Assembly: GCA_036172245.1 (NCBI GenBank)
Contig: JAYWIR010000030.1
Location: 2,108,001 to 2,172,000, forward strand
Length of the DNA stretch: 64,000 nucleotides
Origin: Raillietiella orientalis
Taxonomy: Eukaryota
Reading direction: 5' to 3'
Part shown: positions 1-12,019 of the stretch, piece by piece
How positions within the stretch are numbered: the first letter of the stretch is position 1
How the letters are laid out: every line of letters starts with the position of its first letter
Position numbers and translations under genes: made by a program
Notes under the pieces: generated by a model
Told to the model about the DNA's origin: nothing
The model's input: only the letters and a program-made list of their open reading frames with translations
Databases searched by the model: none

Positions 1-399
1 GTTCCTGGGCTCAGAGAACAGGGCGGTTTTGGCCCTCCTGTCAAGAGACCTCGGGTTCTTCCGTGCTAAGAGGTGGCGCCAGAGGCTGGCGGTCCATCGG
101 GTCTCTAAGAGAGGTGAATGGAAATCCAAATCATCTCCTCAAGCGAGACCGAGAAAGACTTCCATGGGACCTGTCTTCGATGCAAGGTTTTGCCTGATAG
201 CAGAGCAACGGGATGCAGAATCCGTCTGCCATGCATCCTTTAGGCGGCACTCTTAGCAGCAGCAAGCGGCAGTATCCAGCACAGGGTGCGACCTCCGTGC
301 ACAAAATCAGCCTCAGGAAAAAGGAGAAAGGTGGTACGCTCACGCTTGAGCTCCTCTTCCTCTTCTCCAGACGTTCCCTTCCAGCCTGGAGGCTGCCCT

Positions 400-1960
400 A
401 GTGCTTCCTTGCCTTCTCCTCGTAGGTTCCCTGTCTTTTCATCCTTTCGAGGCGCTTATAGACCCCCATCCTAGGTATGAGCGAAGGGGGCGAGGTGGAA
501 GCCCTCGCAGCATGGAGCAGGGAGGTCACCATGCCCACCAGGCAGGGCAGGACGATGCAGTGGGCGGGCGAAGCCACATCTGAAGACGATACCCCAGAAT
601 CTGCAAACATGGATCGATTTTCTCAGGGACTCCCTGGGAAAATGCGAGATTCTGGGATGCGCGAACCTTCCTTCCATTACCACCTTGCCGCTGGTACACC
701 GGAGGTCCCTTGAAGTGACCGACATCTTCATGCCTTAGAGGATGTGTATTGAATGAGCGACAGTGGTTCTTCCGGATCTTCCCATCCTTCCGATAAACTT
801 CTTACGGTGGCCTCTTTGCATGAATTGCATCTTAGGCATCAACGGCTCGACTGTGATCCTCCTATCTTGATGAGCTCCTTACGGTGGTCCCTTCCCTACA
901 GAGGATTAGCTTCTTTTGAGTCCTGGAGTGCTAGATACTCCATGGGACCACTCGCATACTCTGGTGGGTGTCCCAACCCATATGTTCAATATATGTCCCT
1001 GCTACATCTTATGCATGAGGCGACCATCAATTTCCTCATCTTTTTAGGGTATTTTCTGGAGACGCCTAGAGTCTTCAGCGCTCCGTCTTCGTAGGATCCC
1101 ACACTCCTAGGGCGTCTACCAGGATGTATTGCATCTTCGGCATCGACGGTCGGACTGTGGTCTTCGTGGTGAGCTTCTTATAGGTGCAAGTCTTGCCGCA
1201 TGAGCAAAACGGTCTGCAAACCTAATGAAGTCTCCTGAAGCGAGGAGATGGTTGGAATCCTGATGCAGTCCAAGGCAACGCGTGACTTTCCCTTGATCCC
1301 TGTGTTTTTCAATGAGGAAGAGCCGCGTGTGTTCACGATGGATGGAGCGCACATCTGCGGCGAATTTCTTCCCCCTGGAGCAGTCCAAGGTCAGTCCATA
1401 CATTCGTGAATTCCCATGTCGCTAGCTTGCGCCAACCTTGATCTTGGCCAAAAGGCCAAGATGCGATGTCATGGAGGAGAAGGAAGGTCCTCAAGGAATG
1501 CTTCCGCTTCCCCCGGCACATCTTCTCCTTCCTGCGAAGTAGTGGAAGCCCTTCCGCACATGATCCTGGAATGAGTCAGGGTCTGACCTGCTCCACCTTC
1601 CCGACGATGCCTCCCAGCGCCTTCTCGGAGAAAGGTCCACCTCTTCGGGCAAACCGGTTTCCTTCGCTACGGCCTCATCTCCCGCCATCTGCAAGAACAG
1701 CGGTGGCAGCCAGATGGAAGAAGGGCGTGGCTGCCTTTTAGTCAAGCCTTTCGCCGCCCGCATGCACGATACAAACAGGAAGGCATGGTAAAAGGAACAC
1801 TCTGGGCGATTGCGGATGCAGAATAGGTTGCAACCGGTATCAGCACTCCACTGCCTCCATACTCGTTTCCCTCCCAGGCGGAATCTTGGGAAGCATCACG
1901 ATTACCACCTTGAAACCAGCCCATCCCTCTATTTATTTGCGAACCCTCCTTCACCACCCT
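400..1960 (-). mobile_element. Decayed non-LTR retrotransposon RT and C-terminal region (RTE-like), frameshifted
   Basis: Minus-strand fragments carry eroded motifs in the right order: MGWFQGGNR (Q-GFR), AIAQSVP (KAFDSV), TGLPEEVDLSP (G-RQG--LSP), FLLLHDIA (LFADDI), YGLTLDC (GL-IN), RCLG (YLG), CRFWGIVFR (LRW-GHV-R). Matched by eye only. Confidence 0.55.
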
Positions 1961-2499
1961 TCTTCCTCCCCTACGAAGTTACGCTTCCAAAGAGGTTCGA
2001 ACCCTTTCGTCTCGAGCCGGCACACAACCCTTCCTTTCTTATTGACGATAGAGAGAGGACATGACGCCCCATTCCTCGCATGTATCCCGAACCTCGCCAT
2101 TTTCCTAATTATTTATTTTAAATAATGGGAGCAGGCGCCACTTCTGGAATGGGAACGTACCTGGCTCCAATGAGAGCTGGCTACGCGCACCCCACTTTCG
2201 TACGCTGAACCACCCTCCGACCCATCCGACCTCTCTGCCTCCAATGAGCGCTGCGTCACCACTGTCACCACCGCGTAATCACCGAGCACCACGCGCGGTT
2301 TCACTCGACGATCACGAAACGACAAGATAAATCACTCCCTTCGCAGCATCATCGCAGGATTCTGGAAAGGAAAAAGCGGGACACCGGCACCAAACATCTT
2401 CGCTGCAAAGCAGGAAATCGCCGCCAAAGAGAAAGTGGAGGGAGAACAACCCTCAGTTTCCCACGATTTCCTCCGCAGCCTGGAATGTCTACGCTTGGT

Positions 2500-4110
2500 C
2501 CCCCCACTTTCCTCCGAGACACGATGGAGCGCATCCTTCGCGGGGAGCCCGCACCGCTAAGGAGGGAAGCGAACTCCCTCACCTCTCTCGGAGGGGGAGG
2601 AGGAGAAGGACAAGCCGGTCCATCCTCTGCGACAGCATCGATCCCTCCACTCCCAGAGGAGGGTCTTTCTCTTCACCTTTTTCCCCTCTCCCCCTCCACC
2701 TCCCCCTGCCTCTGTCCGGACTTTCGTAACGCCAAAAAATGACGTCTGCTCCGCCTTCCTTTTTTGGGAAAGAGTGCCACGTCTTTCGAGCGTTTTCCAG
2801 CTTCCGATATCGAAGAGGGACTCTTGCGAAACGACGCGGGCTACGAGGGAATTGAATTGGAGGCCGTGTCGCCGTCATCACAACGCACCGCGCTCGAGCA
2901 CAGGAAACACCAGCCTCTCCCTTCCGAGGAGGGAGCAGCTGCCTGGTACTCCCCCCACGCCTTCCAGAAGCGGGTATGGTGCCGCCGCGCAGCGCCAGCA
3001 CAAGCCAGCCACCTCCGGATCCTCTTCCGACCAAGAGCGAGAGGTTCCTGAAGGCGCGATTCTCGGGCGTGTGCGTCTGGAACTCGGGTCCGCGTAGGTC
3101 GTCCGAGACCCACCAAGGGAGCCCCTCTGTTCCCTTCTGGGGTGGCGAGAGGCCGCCGCAAGTGGCACCTTGGAGCGAAGGGGGAGGCGGCAGCCGAGAA
3201 GAGGGGCTGGGCGACAGGCTGCCACCTGGGGAGGGGCCTCAGGACCGGTTCCTCTGCTATAAGAATTGTCTTCTCGGAGGGCATCCATCACGTCCCAACC
3301 GCGGGACTCACCACGCGGCGCTGCACACCTCAGGAGCACGTGCGATCTCTCAGCCACCTTGAGATCGGCCCCGGCGCTGACCACTCGAGCGCGGACGCCT
3401 CACTTGCCGACGGCATGCCCAACGAGCGGCAGCGAGTTCTCGAGGACGCAGTCTACTCCCGACCCCTCCAGTCGGTGCTGCGAGGGTTCCTGTGTCACCC
3501 GCCCGCGGCGCTTGAGTCGCACGGCTCGCGCCGAAGGTGTGGCGGGGACGCTCCCCTCTCCTTCGCTTCCAGGTCTGCACATGGATGGGGCAGAAAGAGG
3601 ATTCATAGATGCGGCTCGGTCGCGGAACCATCCCAGGACCGACGCGTTGCTCTCACGCCCGCTACTCGAGGAAAGGTCCAGGATGCTAAGAGCCGCGTGA
3701 AGAAAGGCATTCGATTCGCGTCTTCTCTTTCTGAGAAGGGTTGCCCTAACAGAGACATCACGGGATGGTTTTCCCATGCAGTAACGCCTCTGAGAAGATC
3801 CCACTTGCGATTCCCTCTGGGATTTGGCAGGAATGCAGTCGTCTGATGCGTCAGTCTGCTATCCTTGAGAGCGTCCGCGGTCAGCTTCTCCCGGGGCGGC
3901 TGCTTTCCTGGGAGCTCCGCTCTCCTCGGCATCTCAGGCGGCGGCCTGTCGGAGTCTTTTGGATTTATCATGGCTCTGGAGATGCGTCCAGAAAAACCTA
4001 CGGTGGGATGGCGGGAGAAGAGGACCGGCGTAGACCGTTGAGCGAAGGAGATTCCGGATTTGTGACGGACACTCGACGGCAGGACGGAAGCGTGCAGCAG
4101 TAAGGAGCGG
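2500..4110 (+). mobile_element. Second decayed RTE-like RT region, GC-enriched
   Basis: Ordered eroded motifs: RGEPAP..SLGGG (KAPG-D..GG), EGLLRNDAGYEG (Q-GFR), SLSHLEIGPGAD (L-FADD), DAKSRVKKG (EI--RI-KA), LRRRPVGVFWIYH..GEEDRRRP (RRL-W-GH..G-R-RGRP). Confidence 0.45.
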
Positions 4111-6477
4111 ACAGAACCAGAAACGCCAGCAGGCACCTCACTCCCTTGCGGAAGCATCCAGCTACACGCGAGACCACGATGCCAATGTCTCGTGGCCTCG
4201 TCGGGACGTCCCTTGGTATCCGGGAAGCTTCGTCTCCCCGGAATCGTTCGGAAACGGCACTCCCCTTCGATCAGGAGCTAGTAAGGAGAAAGCTGCTCCT
4301 TCGCGGCGCTTCGAGGGTGCCCTCACTGCCAGCAAAGGGCTTTATCGAGCCCCATCCCACGTTTCTCCGTTGCCGGAGAAACGCGGGACGAGGAGATTTC
4401 CCTTGCCTCCGGCAACAGAGGCGAGGGAAATGCGACGTCGGCGCGACCGGGACGATCCGGTCTCCACGGGAACCCGTCACGCCCTTCCCGCGCTGCGGTT
4501 TCCGAAGAGATGCAAGACGGGTCGACGCGGTGCGCGCGAGGTTGTGTCCCTACGGATCGATCCCACGGACTTGCAAAGAGTCCACGATCTGCCGGGGCTG
4601 CAGGGCGACCAGGGGGGAAGGAGGTGACCTCACCGCCTTGCGGCGGAGAGCGCACCGCCCGACACGCCTGGGTGACTTCCGCGCTCGGTGCGCATGCGCG
4701 CCCTAAGAAGGGCGGCGGTGAGGAGCAGCGAGGCGAGAGGAATCAGCGACCTCGGCAGCGGCAGAGGAGAAGCCGGAAGGGGGCGGGGGAGGAAATCGCC
4801 CTTCACCCTACCTCGGGGCATCGCGGGGGAGGGGTGTGGGGGCTCTCAGAGCCGCGAAGCCTCGGGTCGGCCTGAGTCTCGGCCCTCGAGGAGAAGGGGG
4901 TGCTGCCGCAAGGCAGGAAAAAAAATAAAGGACCACCTGCCTGTCCAGGGTCGGAGCAAGTCGGAGATGCGGGAAGGACGGCGGGGTGATGGAGGGAGTC
5001 GTGTCCTGGAGGCATACGGCAGGAGAAATGGGAAGCCGACTTTGCTTCCGAATACCGCCGCGACCGGGCGCCACGCCGACTCGGGACCTCCGTCATTCCT
5101 CTCCTCCCCTTTCATTGCTTTTTTTCCTTTTCTGAAGGGGCGGGTTGCGCACCTCCTTCCAAGCGCGTTGACCCTTTCCTTTTCTGACTTGTCGGCTCCG
5201 CCTCCGAATCGCCTGCTCCACCGTCAGTCCGCCTGTCCAGGAGGAAGGGGATGGCCTCCCGCAAAGTCAGCTTTCCTGTTCCTTCCCTTTTGCCTTCCCT
5301 CCCACCCCAGATGGGACGGCGGACGGATAGGGAAAGAGAAGGATAGGGAGCTGCGATTCTTCTCCCCTTCTGCCTTACATCCTCCCATCCGAAAATCTGG
5401 ATTCGACACAGCGACGGACTGGCGAGGACAGGGGAGGAGCAGAGCAGGGAGGAGAGGGGGGACAGGATTTCCTGTAAAGAGTCGCGCCGGAGCAGACGCC
5501 AGATGCTCCTCTCGCTCTTCCCCATCCCTCCTTCTCCCCTCTGCCCAGCGGCGACGGAAGAGGTCACGCGTGGTCGCGTGCCACCGACGGGCTCTCTTCG
5601 AGAGGCAGATGGCACCTCTTCCCGCAGCGGCGGCTCTGGCGAGTGGCAGCCCCTGCTTTCTCACCCCCCCCTCCTTCTCTCCCCTCCTCTTCTCCTGCGA
5701 CTCACTCAATCCTCCCGCTGTGTCTCCTCCTTCCCGATCCTTGTGCTTCCTCTCGGCGCACGTGCACGCGTCCTCGAGCAGCGCGTGGGTCGGAGTGATC
5801 TCCCGTGGGGCGGCGAGGCAGGAGCTACCCGAAGAAGCTGGGGAGAAGGCGGGCAACTCGTTCCCCCCTCCCCCTTCGCCGCTCTCGCGGCGGCGGTCAG
5901 CGCGCGCGACACTCGCGCAAGGGACGACCCACTTCCGTCCCGACATCTCCCGTCAGGGGACCTTGGTCAGCACCGTCGGTGGTAGCGGCAACCTGAAGCT
6001 GTCCAAAGCAGGGGGCGGACGCTCGCGACACGGGTCCACGCGGTCTCCTTCGAACCTTCCGCTGATTCCCCTCCGCCGGAGGCGGCAGCGACGGGGGCGC
6101 GCGGTTGCGCAACGGCCGACCGGCCACCGGCCATCGCCTGGGGGAAGTGCTCTCTCTCGCGCCCGCCTCCTCCGTAAAGCCTGCGGTGCCGGCCGGCCGC
6201 GGAGGGAGATGCGGGGAGGAAGAGGAGAGGCGGCGGCGGTCCGGCACGCTCTCTCTCTCTCTCGCGCGCGCGTGCGCGCTTCGGCGTTGGCTGGGCCGCC
6301 GCTGCTGGCGCTGCTGCCGCTGGTGCAGCTGCTGCGGGGGCTGTGGCAGCGATTCCCCTGCGCGCTCGCCGCCGCCGCCGCCGCTGCCTCCGCCTCCGCC
6401 TCCGACGCCGCCGACGCTGCCGCCGACGCCGACGCAAGGCCGCGCGCATCTCTCCGCCTCGCCGCCACCGGGTCCGG

Positions 6478-6511
6478 TCAGTTCGCGTCAACTCTTTGCC
6501 AGCGGCAGACG
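6478..6511 (+). promoter_or_regulatory. Core promoter: Initiator (TCAGTT, A+1 = 6480) and DPE (AGACG at +28 to +32, 6507-6511)
   Basis: Exact matches to the Drosophila-type Inr (TCAKTY) and DPE (RGWYV) at the strict spacing, 445 nt upstream of the predicted dumpy ATG. Confidence 0.7.
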
Positions 6512-6526
6512 CGCCCGGTCGCCCGG

Positions 6527-6598
6527 ATGGTAGCAGTCGAGACCGCGTGGACGCAGCCGCTGCCGCCGTCGTCGTGGAAACCTCCGCGCGCGCAGTAG
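6527..6598 (+). other. Upstream ORF in the predicted dumpy 5' UTR (MVAVETAWTQPLPPSSWKPPRAQ*)
   Basis: Only ATG between the predicted TSS (6480) and the main ATG (6925); context cggATGG. Depends on the TSS call. Confidence 0.5.
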
Positions 6599-6924
6599 AC
6601 AGGAGGAGGAGGACAGGAAAAGGAAGGAAAGAAGACCGGCGCAGCTTCCCGCGCGCAACAGCCGCGATTGCCGCCGCCCGACCCCCGTGCATCAGACGCT
6701 CCCGCATCGCCCCCGACCCCTCGGCCCCGCCGACCCCTCCCCGGACCCTGTTTTTCAATTTCTACCTCCCCCTGCCCCCCGAGGGACGCCGCGGAGCGCG
6801 CGCCCCCGGCGACCCCGCCGCGCTCTCACGCACCTCCCCGTGTCCATCCCCGCTAGCCCCGGGCCCTCCGTCATCACCCCTGCCCCCGCGAGGAGGACGA
6901 CCGACGCCGCCGACGCCGTGCGTG

Positions 6925-6940
6925 ATGACAAGCAGAAGAG
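6925..6940 (+). CDS. dpy: dumpy coding exon 1 (MTSRR-, phase 1); transcribed exon probably 6480-6940
   Basis: gtgATGACAAGCAGAAGAG|gtgagt is a consensus donor. It joins exon 2 in frame and lies downstream of the Inr/DPE promoter. Confidence 0.7.
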
Positions 6941-9900
6941 GTGAGTGCAGGACCCGCGCACGCACCCTACCCTTCCGCCTGGAGGGTCCCCGGGCATGCC
7001 AAAGCGCCTGCGCGGGAGGGGGCGGGGAGCAAGGCCGAACGGATGCGCGAGAGTACGTTCTTCTCCTTCTGTGGGGGCTATGGGGAAACACCCCAGAGCG
7101 TTGTACTCTCCTGCGCTCCGGTGAGCCCTCGGGACGTTCTGGGTCAGCACGGGGTGACCCCTGCTGAAGCCTCCGGGATGACCCGGAGGAATCAGCAGTT
7201 TCGAGGGCGAGCTAAAACCAGCGTCCCTTGAATGGAACCGGAAGTCGCGGGAGCAGCACAGGAGGAGCGTCTTCTAGAGCCGCCCAAGGGGGTGGTCCTG
7301 CCGCAGCTGCCGGAGGTCGACTCTCGGTTCGGCGGGAGAAAAGAAAAAGATGGGCAAAGGGAGGGGATCCGGAGAGGAGTAAGGCGGGTGGTCATCCAAG
7401 GAGGGCACGGGACCTCCTCCGGGCTTGAAAACGTCCCGGGCAGTGGGATGCCCTCAGGCAGCCCGCCGCCTACGAACTCGAGCGCACTCGGAGAAAGCGC
7501 AACCGAAGGGACGTGGGCCGCCCCGCCGCTCGAATTTCGCAAAAAAAAAAAAAAAAACAGATCCCAGCTCTCCCTGCCCTGCCTCGGGGCAGGCAAAGCC
7601 GGAACTTTTTTTTTTCCTTTTCTTCGCGGTGAAGAAACCGCGCGTGGGCCCGAAGGACGCCGGCCGTCGAGGACGTGCGCGGTCCGTCCGACCTCGCCGC
7701 CCCCGCGCGCCCGGACGAATTCTCGGGAAGGGACGCACGGATCTGGGGATCTCCCGGGTGACTAGTGTTTTTCCGGGGGGTCACAGGGAAGGAAATCGCC
7801 GAGGGAGGGACTGGCGTGCCAGCTGCGCTACTCCCCCGTCTCGAGGGGCCTTTCAGCCTGCTCCCGCGACGAACTCCGGGGGCAGGTTTATTCGCGGACC
7901 CTCGGCAGAGGCTCAGGGTCTTCTCTATAGGGGGGGAGTTCTCAGGGGAGCAAGAGCGTGGGACAGTGCCTCCTCCTTCTCCCTTCTTTCGTCCCAGGGC
8001 TTCCGAGGGTGTCCTGAGGTGGAAGGGTTGGCTCCGTCCTTCCTGTCTCCGCAGAGTTCCGGATGAAGGACGGACAAGGGGAAGACGGATGCTGAGATCG
8101 CTGCTCTTCCCATGCCGGAGCCGCCGAGGAAGCTACGGCGCCCCCGCCGGAGGGAGGCGCCACTGCAGTGGCTTGCCTGCGCCTCCGACAGATGGCGGAT
8201 GCATGGGAAGAAATGGACGATGTAGAGGAGGAAGAAGGGAGTGACGGTGGGGGAAGAGTGGATAGGGATAGAAGGGGAAGCGAAATGGGCGGTCTGTGGC
8301 ACGCACGTGTGCGATAGGAGGTCTGGAAGGGGAAAGATCGGACCGAGGCCCTGAGGGCAGGCGCCGTCCTCCATCTTGTGGACGAATGAGCAAGCTGAGG
8401 ATGGTCGGGTGGTTGATGGAGAATTATTCACTGAGTCTCTTCCTCTTCCCATTTTTTCTTCCCGTCTTCGGGACTCTCGGTAGCCGCGCCGTCGTGACCT
8501 CCGGACTTTCGCAGGGTCGTGGGAAGTCGCCTCATTTCCCATACCTATGCCCGCCCCATTTTTGCGGGATGTCGCTTTACCACCTTCTTCTTCACTTCCC
8601 GTCTTTCCTCTTCTGCATCTCCATCCTCCTTCTCCTTCTTCCGGATCATGAGTGGGGGGGAAGGGCGGCAGAAGCTTTCCGGATCGCAGGCGGGGGAAGA
8701 GTGTCCATGGAGATCCTCTGAGGCTCAGCAGCAAGGAGAGAAGGAAGGGAGAACAAATAGGCACTGGGATCTGACTCGACGAAGAGGGAGAGGGATCTCG
8801 TGCCCGTCCTGGACGACCTCCTGTCGTTCCTCTTCTCAGGACTCCTCTCTCTTGCCCCTCCTCCTTTCCTTCCTCCCGATGAGCCGAGAGTCTACTTCCG
8901 GTAGCTGTTGCAGGACCATTTCTTCGGGCAGCTTAGGAAAGCAGCCCCTCTTTGCTGCGTCTTCGATCTCCTCCCGAACCCAAGCTAAAGAAAGCGTCGA
9001 GTGGTGCTGCTCTCCTTCCTGATTTCTTTCGGACCAACCTCTTTGTTTTCGGAGGTTCCTGGCGCGCAAGGACAGCTGATGCGAAGCAGCAGCTCGAGGT
9101 CATCGGGAAGAACATGGGTCACTCGGTGGCTCAGCCCTTTCTCTTTCCTCTCGTCTTGAGGGAAGTCCTGTGTCAACGGTCAGAGAGAGGAGGTGAGGCA
9201 AAGCCTCAGGCGCGAAGACCGAAGAAGCCACGTGCGTGAGCTCCCGGCGCATCTCAGAAACCGGCTGCGGAAGGAGCTCCTTTTTGCGTTTATGGAGCAG
9301 GGATCCATCTCAGAGCTCATCCTTTTTTTCCGGGACGTCCTTCATCTCCTCTGCGGCGTTGTCCTCGATTCCTAACCCTCCTCTCTTCGCGAGGACATCT
9401 CCCGAGGACTCCAGAACTGTCGAGATCAGCCAGTCTTCCTGTCCATTGCTGCCTTTTCTTCCTGCTCTCTGGGAGGATCGTTTTTAGCAGCCTAGAGTCA
9501 GGAACGGAGACGGTGCCAAAGTGAAAAGTGACCCCGAGGTCTGAATGAATGAACCCATTGGTTACGATCTTGCAGCGCCCACCGTCATTCCCGGAGAGGC
9601 TGTTGCCACCTTCCTCAGATCCCTTCGACCAGTCTTTCTGAAGCACCCGTAGCTGTTTTGCTCTTCTGCAAAGTCGTTGGGAGCATTTGGATAGGGATTT
9701 GATGGATTTGAACCCCATCCTGTTTTCCAGATTTGCATGGTGACCCTTGATCTCTCCTGGAAATTCTTGACTCCGGGAGCACCGGGAAATGTTTCTAAGT
9801 AGAGGTTTCCTCTTGACGTAACGATCCTCGCGTCGCGAGCGGCCTTTCCCTTTCTTGCTGACAAATGACCGTGTGCTTCGATTCCTCGTCTCGGCCTCCG

Positions 9901-11983
9901 CGTCCATTTTTCGCGAGGTCACTCCCTCCCTCCCTGCACGCCCTGTCGGTTCCGATCCATGGAAGGAGTCCCGGGCATGACCTCTCCCGATGGAGCTGCG
10001 TGAACTCGAGGATTGTTCCCTCGCTGCTGCTCCCGTGTGTCCAGCCGGTTGCCTCCTGCTTTTCTCGGACCGTTCCTTCTTTCTCCCTGGCATCCAGCTT
10101 GTCGGAAGACACAAGACGGCAGGGAGGGGCGCGAGTGCGCACGCAAGTCTGCGTTTCTGCATTCACGGTCATCACGAGGCCTTTGAGCGATGGTCAGCGT
10201 GAAAGTTCTTCGGCGCCCTGCGTGTCTGGCGTAACCGCGGCAACGTTCCTCGTGACGAAATGTCCCAGCTCCCGATATGGAAGGGATACTTTCGAACGCA
10301 CTTTCGTTTCTGGCTTGGGCGTACGCGTGGGGGATCAAGTGGGCAGAAGGAGCTGACCAAAAGACCGGTCGGAGACTGCAGGTAGAACGACTCACCTGCC
10401 TTCTCAAGGATGCGCAGGAGCTGATGCGAAATCCCTCACGCGTGCTCCGTCAAAAGACTGAAACTTCCTCGCGGATTTTTTTTTCCCACCAGACCGCGGA
10501 ATCTATTCCCAACCCTACAAAAGCCAGCCATACTTTTGGCCCGACCCACCTGCCTCGTTCTTGGGAACGGTGGGTTCTGACGTGCCGGGATTGCTGCTGA
10601 CTTACGCGTTGGGTGGTGTCGTGGGAATGTGCGAGTATTGATGATATCCGGAGCTTGTGATAGGGGTGGTTGTTGCTGCCATCCCGTGATTATCAATAGG
10701 GCAGTGGTTTATTGGGCATCCTGAGGAAACGAAAAGGAGGGTGTTTTCCATGGGGAGGGCATTTTATTTCGAGTTTCTGGGAGTGTTCATTCTTGGCGCT
10801 GAATGGCAGTACTGGTAGGATTGGCAGGATGGTTGAGTGGTCGGGTGGGCATTTGCTGCTACCAATCTGGAATACCTAACTCTTCGGCGTTCCTAATCTT
10901 CCTTTTTGTTTTTTTTTCCAGATGTGAGGAGAACAGCGGCGTTTAACATGCTTTTTCATTTTATCCTGCTAAACGTGCTGAAGGTAAGCTCGGGTCGCCT
11001 TCGCGCCTGCGCAGAAGCGAGAGCGCGCGCGGTGGTGGCGGTGCATCCGAATTCACTTTCCTGGCGCAACGTGGATGTTTTAGGAAGGCGTTGCCGCGCC
11101 ACCAGAGATCGGTTCAAGTGCCTGTGGCGTCCGCGCGCGACCTCTGTTGCGCGAGAAAGACGATAAAGGAAACGCGTCCGCTTTGCCACTCGTAATGGCT
11201 GGTCGGCCCTCGGAGAGGTCAGGATGCGCCCGCAGGAAGCCCGGAGAATTCTTGCAAGTGCTGCTCGGCTTCTTGCGGAGGTGCGCGCGCGCGGCCACCG
11301 CTCCTGCGGCCTGTGGTCCCTCGGAACGCTTTCTCCAAGTTGTCTCCATTCAAAGCGCGGGGGAAAAAAAAAGAAAAGGCAAGAGGTGAGCAGTCAACGG
11401 TGGCACGGAAGCGAGGCGCCCACAAGAGAACGAATCGTGCGGGAAGGCGGCTGGCTAATCGAGCAGAGCAGAAATCGAGATGCAGGGGAATTCCTCCGAT
11501 TTGCCGTGCGATCCCGATGGTCAGTGATGGCTGCTTGGATCTTCACAGGCAGCGCCTCTCTCAAACGGAGGAGGCTGCGACCGGCAGCCGGTTGCGTTTG
11601 CTGAGACGGGACTCCTCCTTCCACCAGACTGCATGTGGAGAGTGCAAACTGCTACTCAAATTCTTGATCCGTTTCTGTGATGTTTACTTTTTTTCTTAAA
11701 AAAAGAAAAGATCATCGAGTTCGGTTGCTGCTTCACACCACTGAAAGTCACAAGACTCTCTCCGAGCTTGCTTTTTGATTCCGAAGCATCTGGTTTGCCT
11801 CCCATTTTGTTTTCCCTTCCAGCGTAAAAAGAAAAGTGATTTGGTGGTGTTTGTTTTCGGACGGGAAGAGAGGGAAGGAGGAGGGGGGAAGGGGGAGAGA
11901 AAGAATTGAAACCAGCAAGGTTGCGATGAATTCCCCTGCATCAAAGGATGCAGAGGAGTCATTCCATTTTCACTTAAGCGATA

Positions 11984-12019
<36 letters not shown>

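Larger units (their letters stand above)
5700..7150. promoter_or_regulatory. GC/CpG-rich promoter island with (CT)n GAGA tracts (6150-6158, 6249-6263), a (CG)n tract (6263-6279) and GCC-type repeats (6367-6435)
   Basis: Read directly; for example 6301-6360 is 44/60 G+C and CpG is abundant. Boundaries are approximate. Confidence 0.65.

Noticed and set aside
4688..6598. 636-codon + strand ORF and overlapping long ORFs on both strands around 4.7-8.7 kb
   Set aside because: Low-complexity Arg/Ala/Pro/Gly/Ser translation of very GC-rich promoter DNA, open in several frames at once, with no recognisable domain.
6343..6924. Open frame upstream of and in frame with the dumpy ATG (possible non-AUG extension)
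   Set aside because: Expected at this GC content, starts upstream of the predicted TSS, and would bury the signal peptide.
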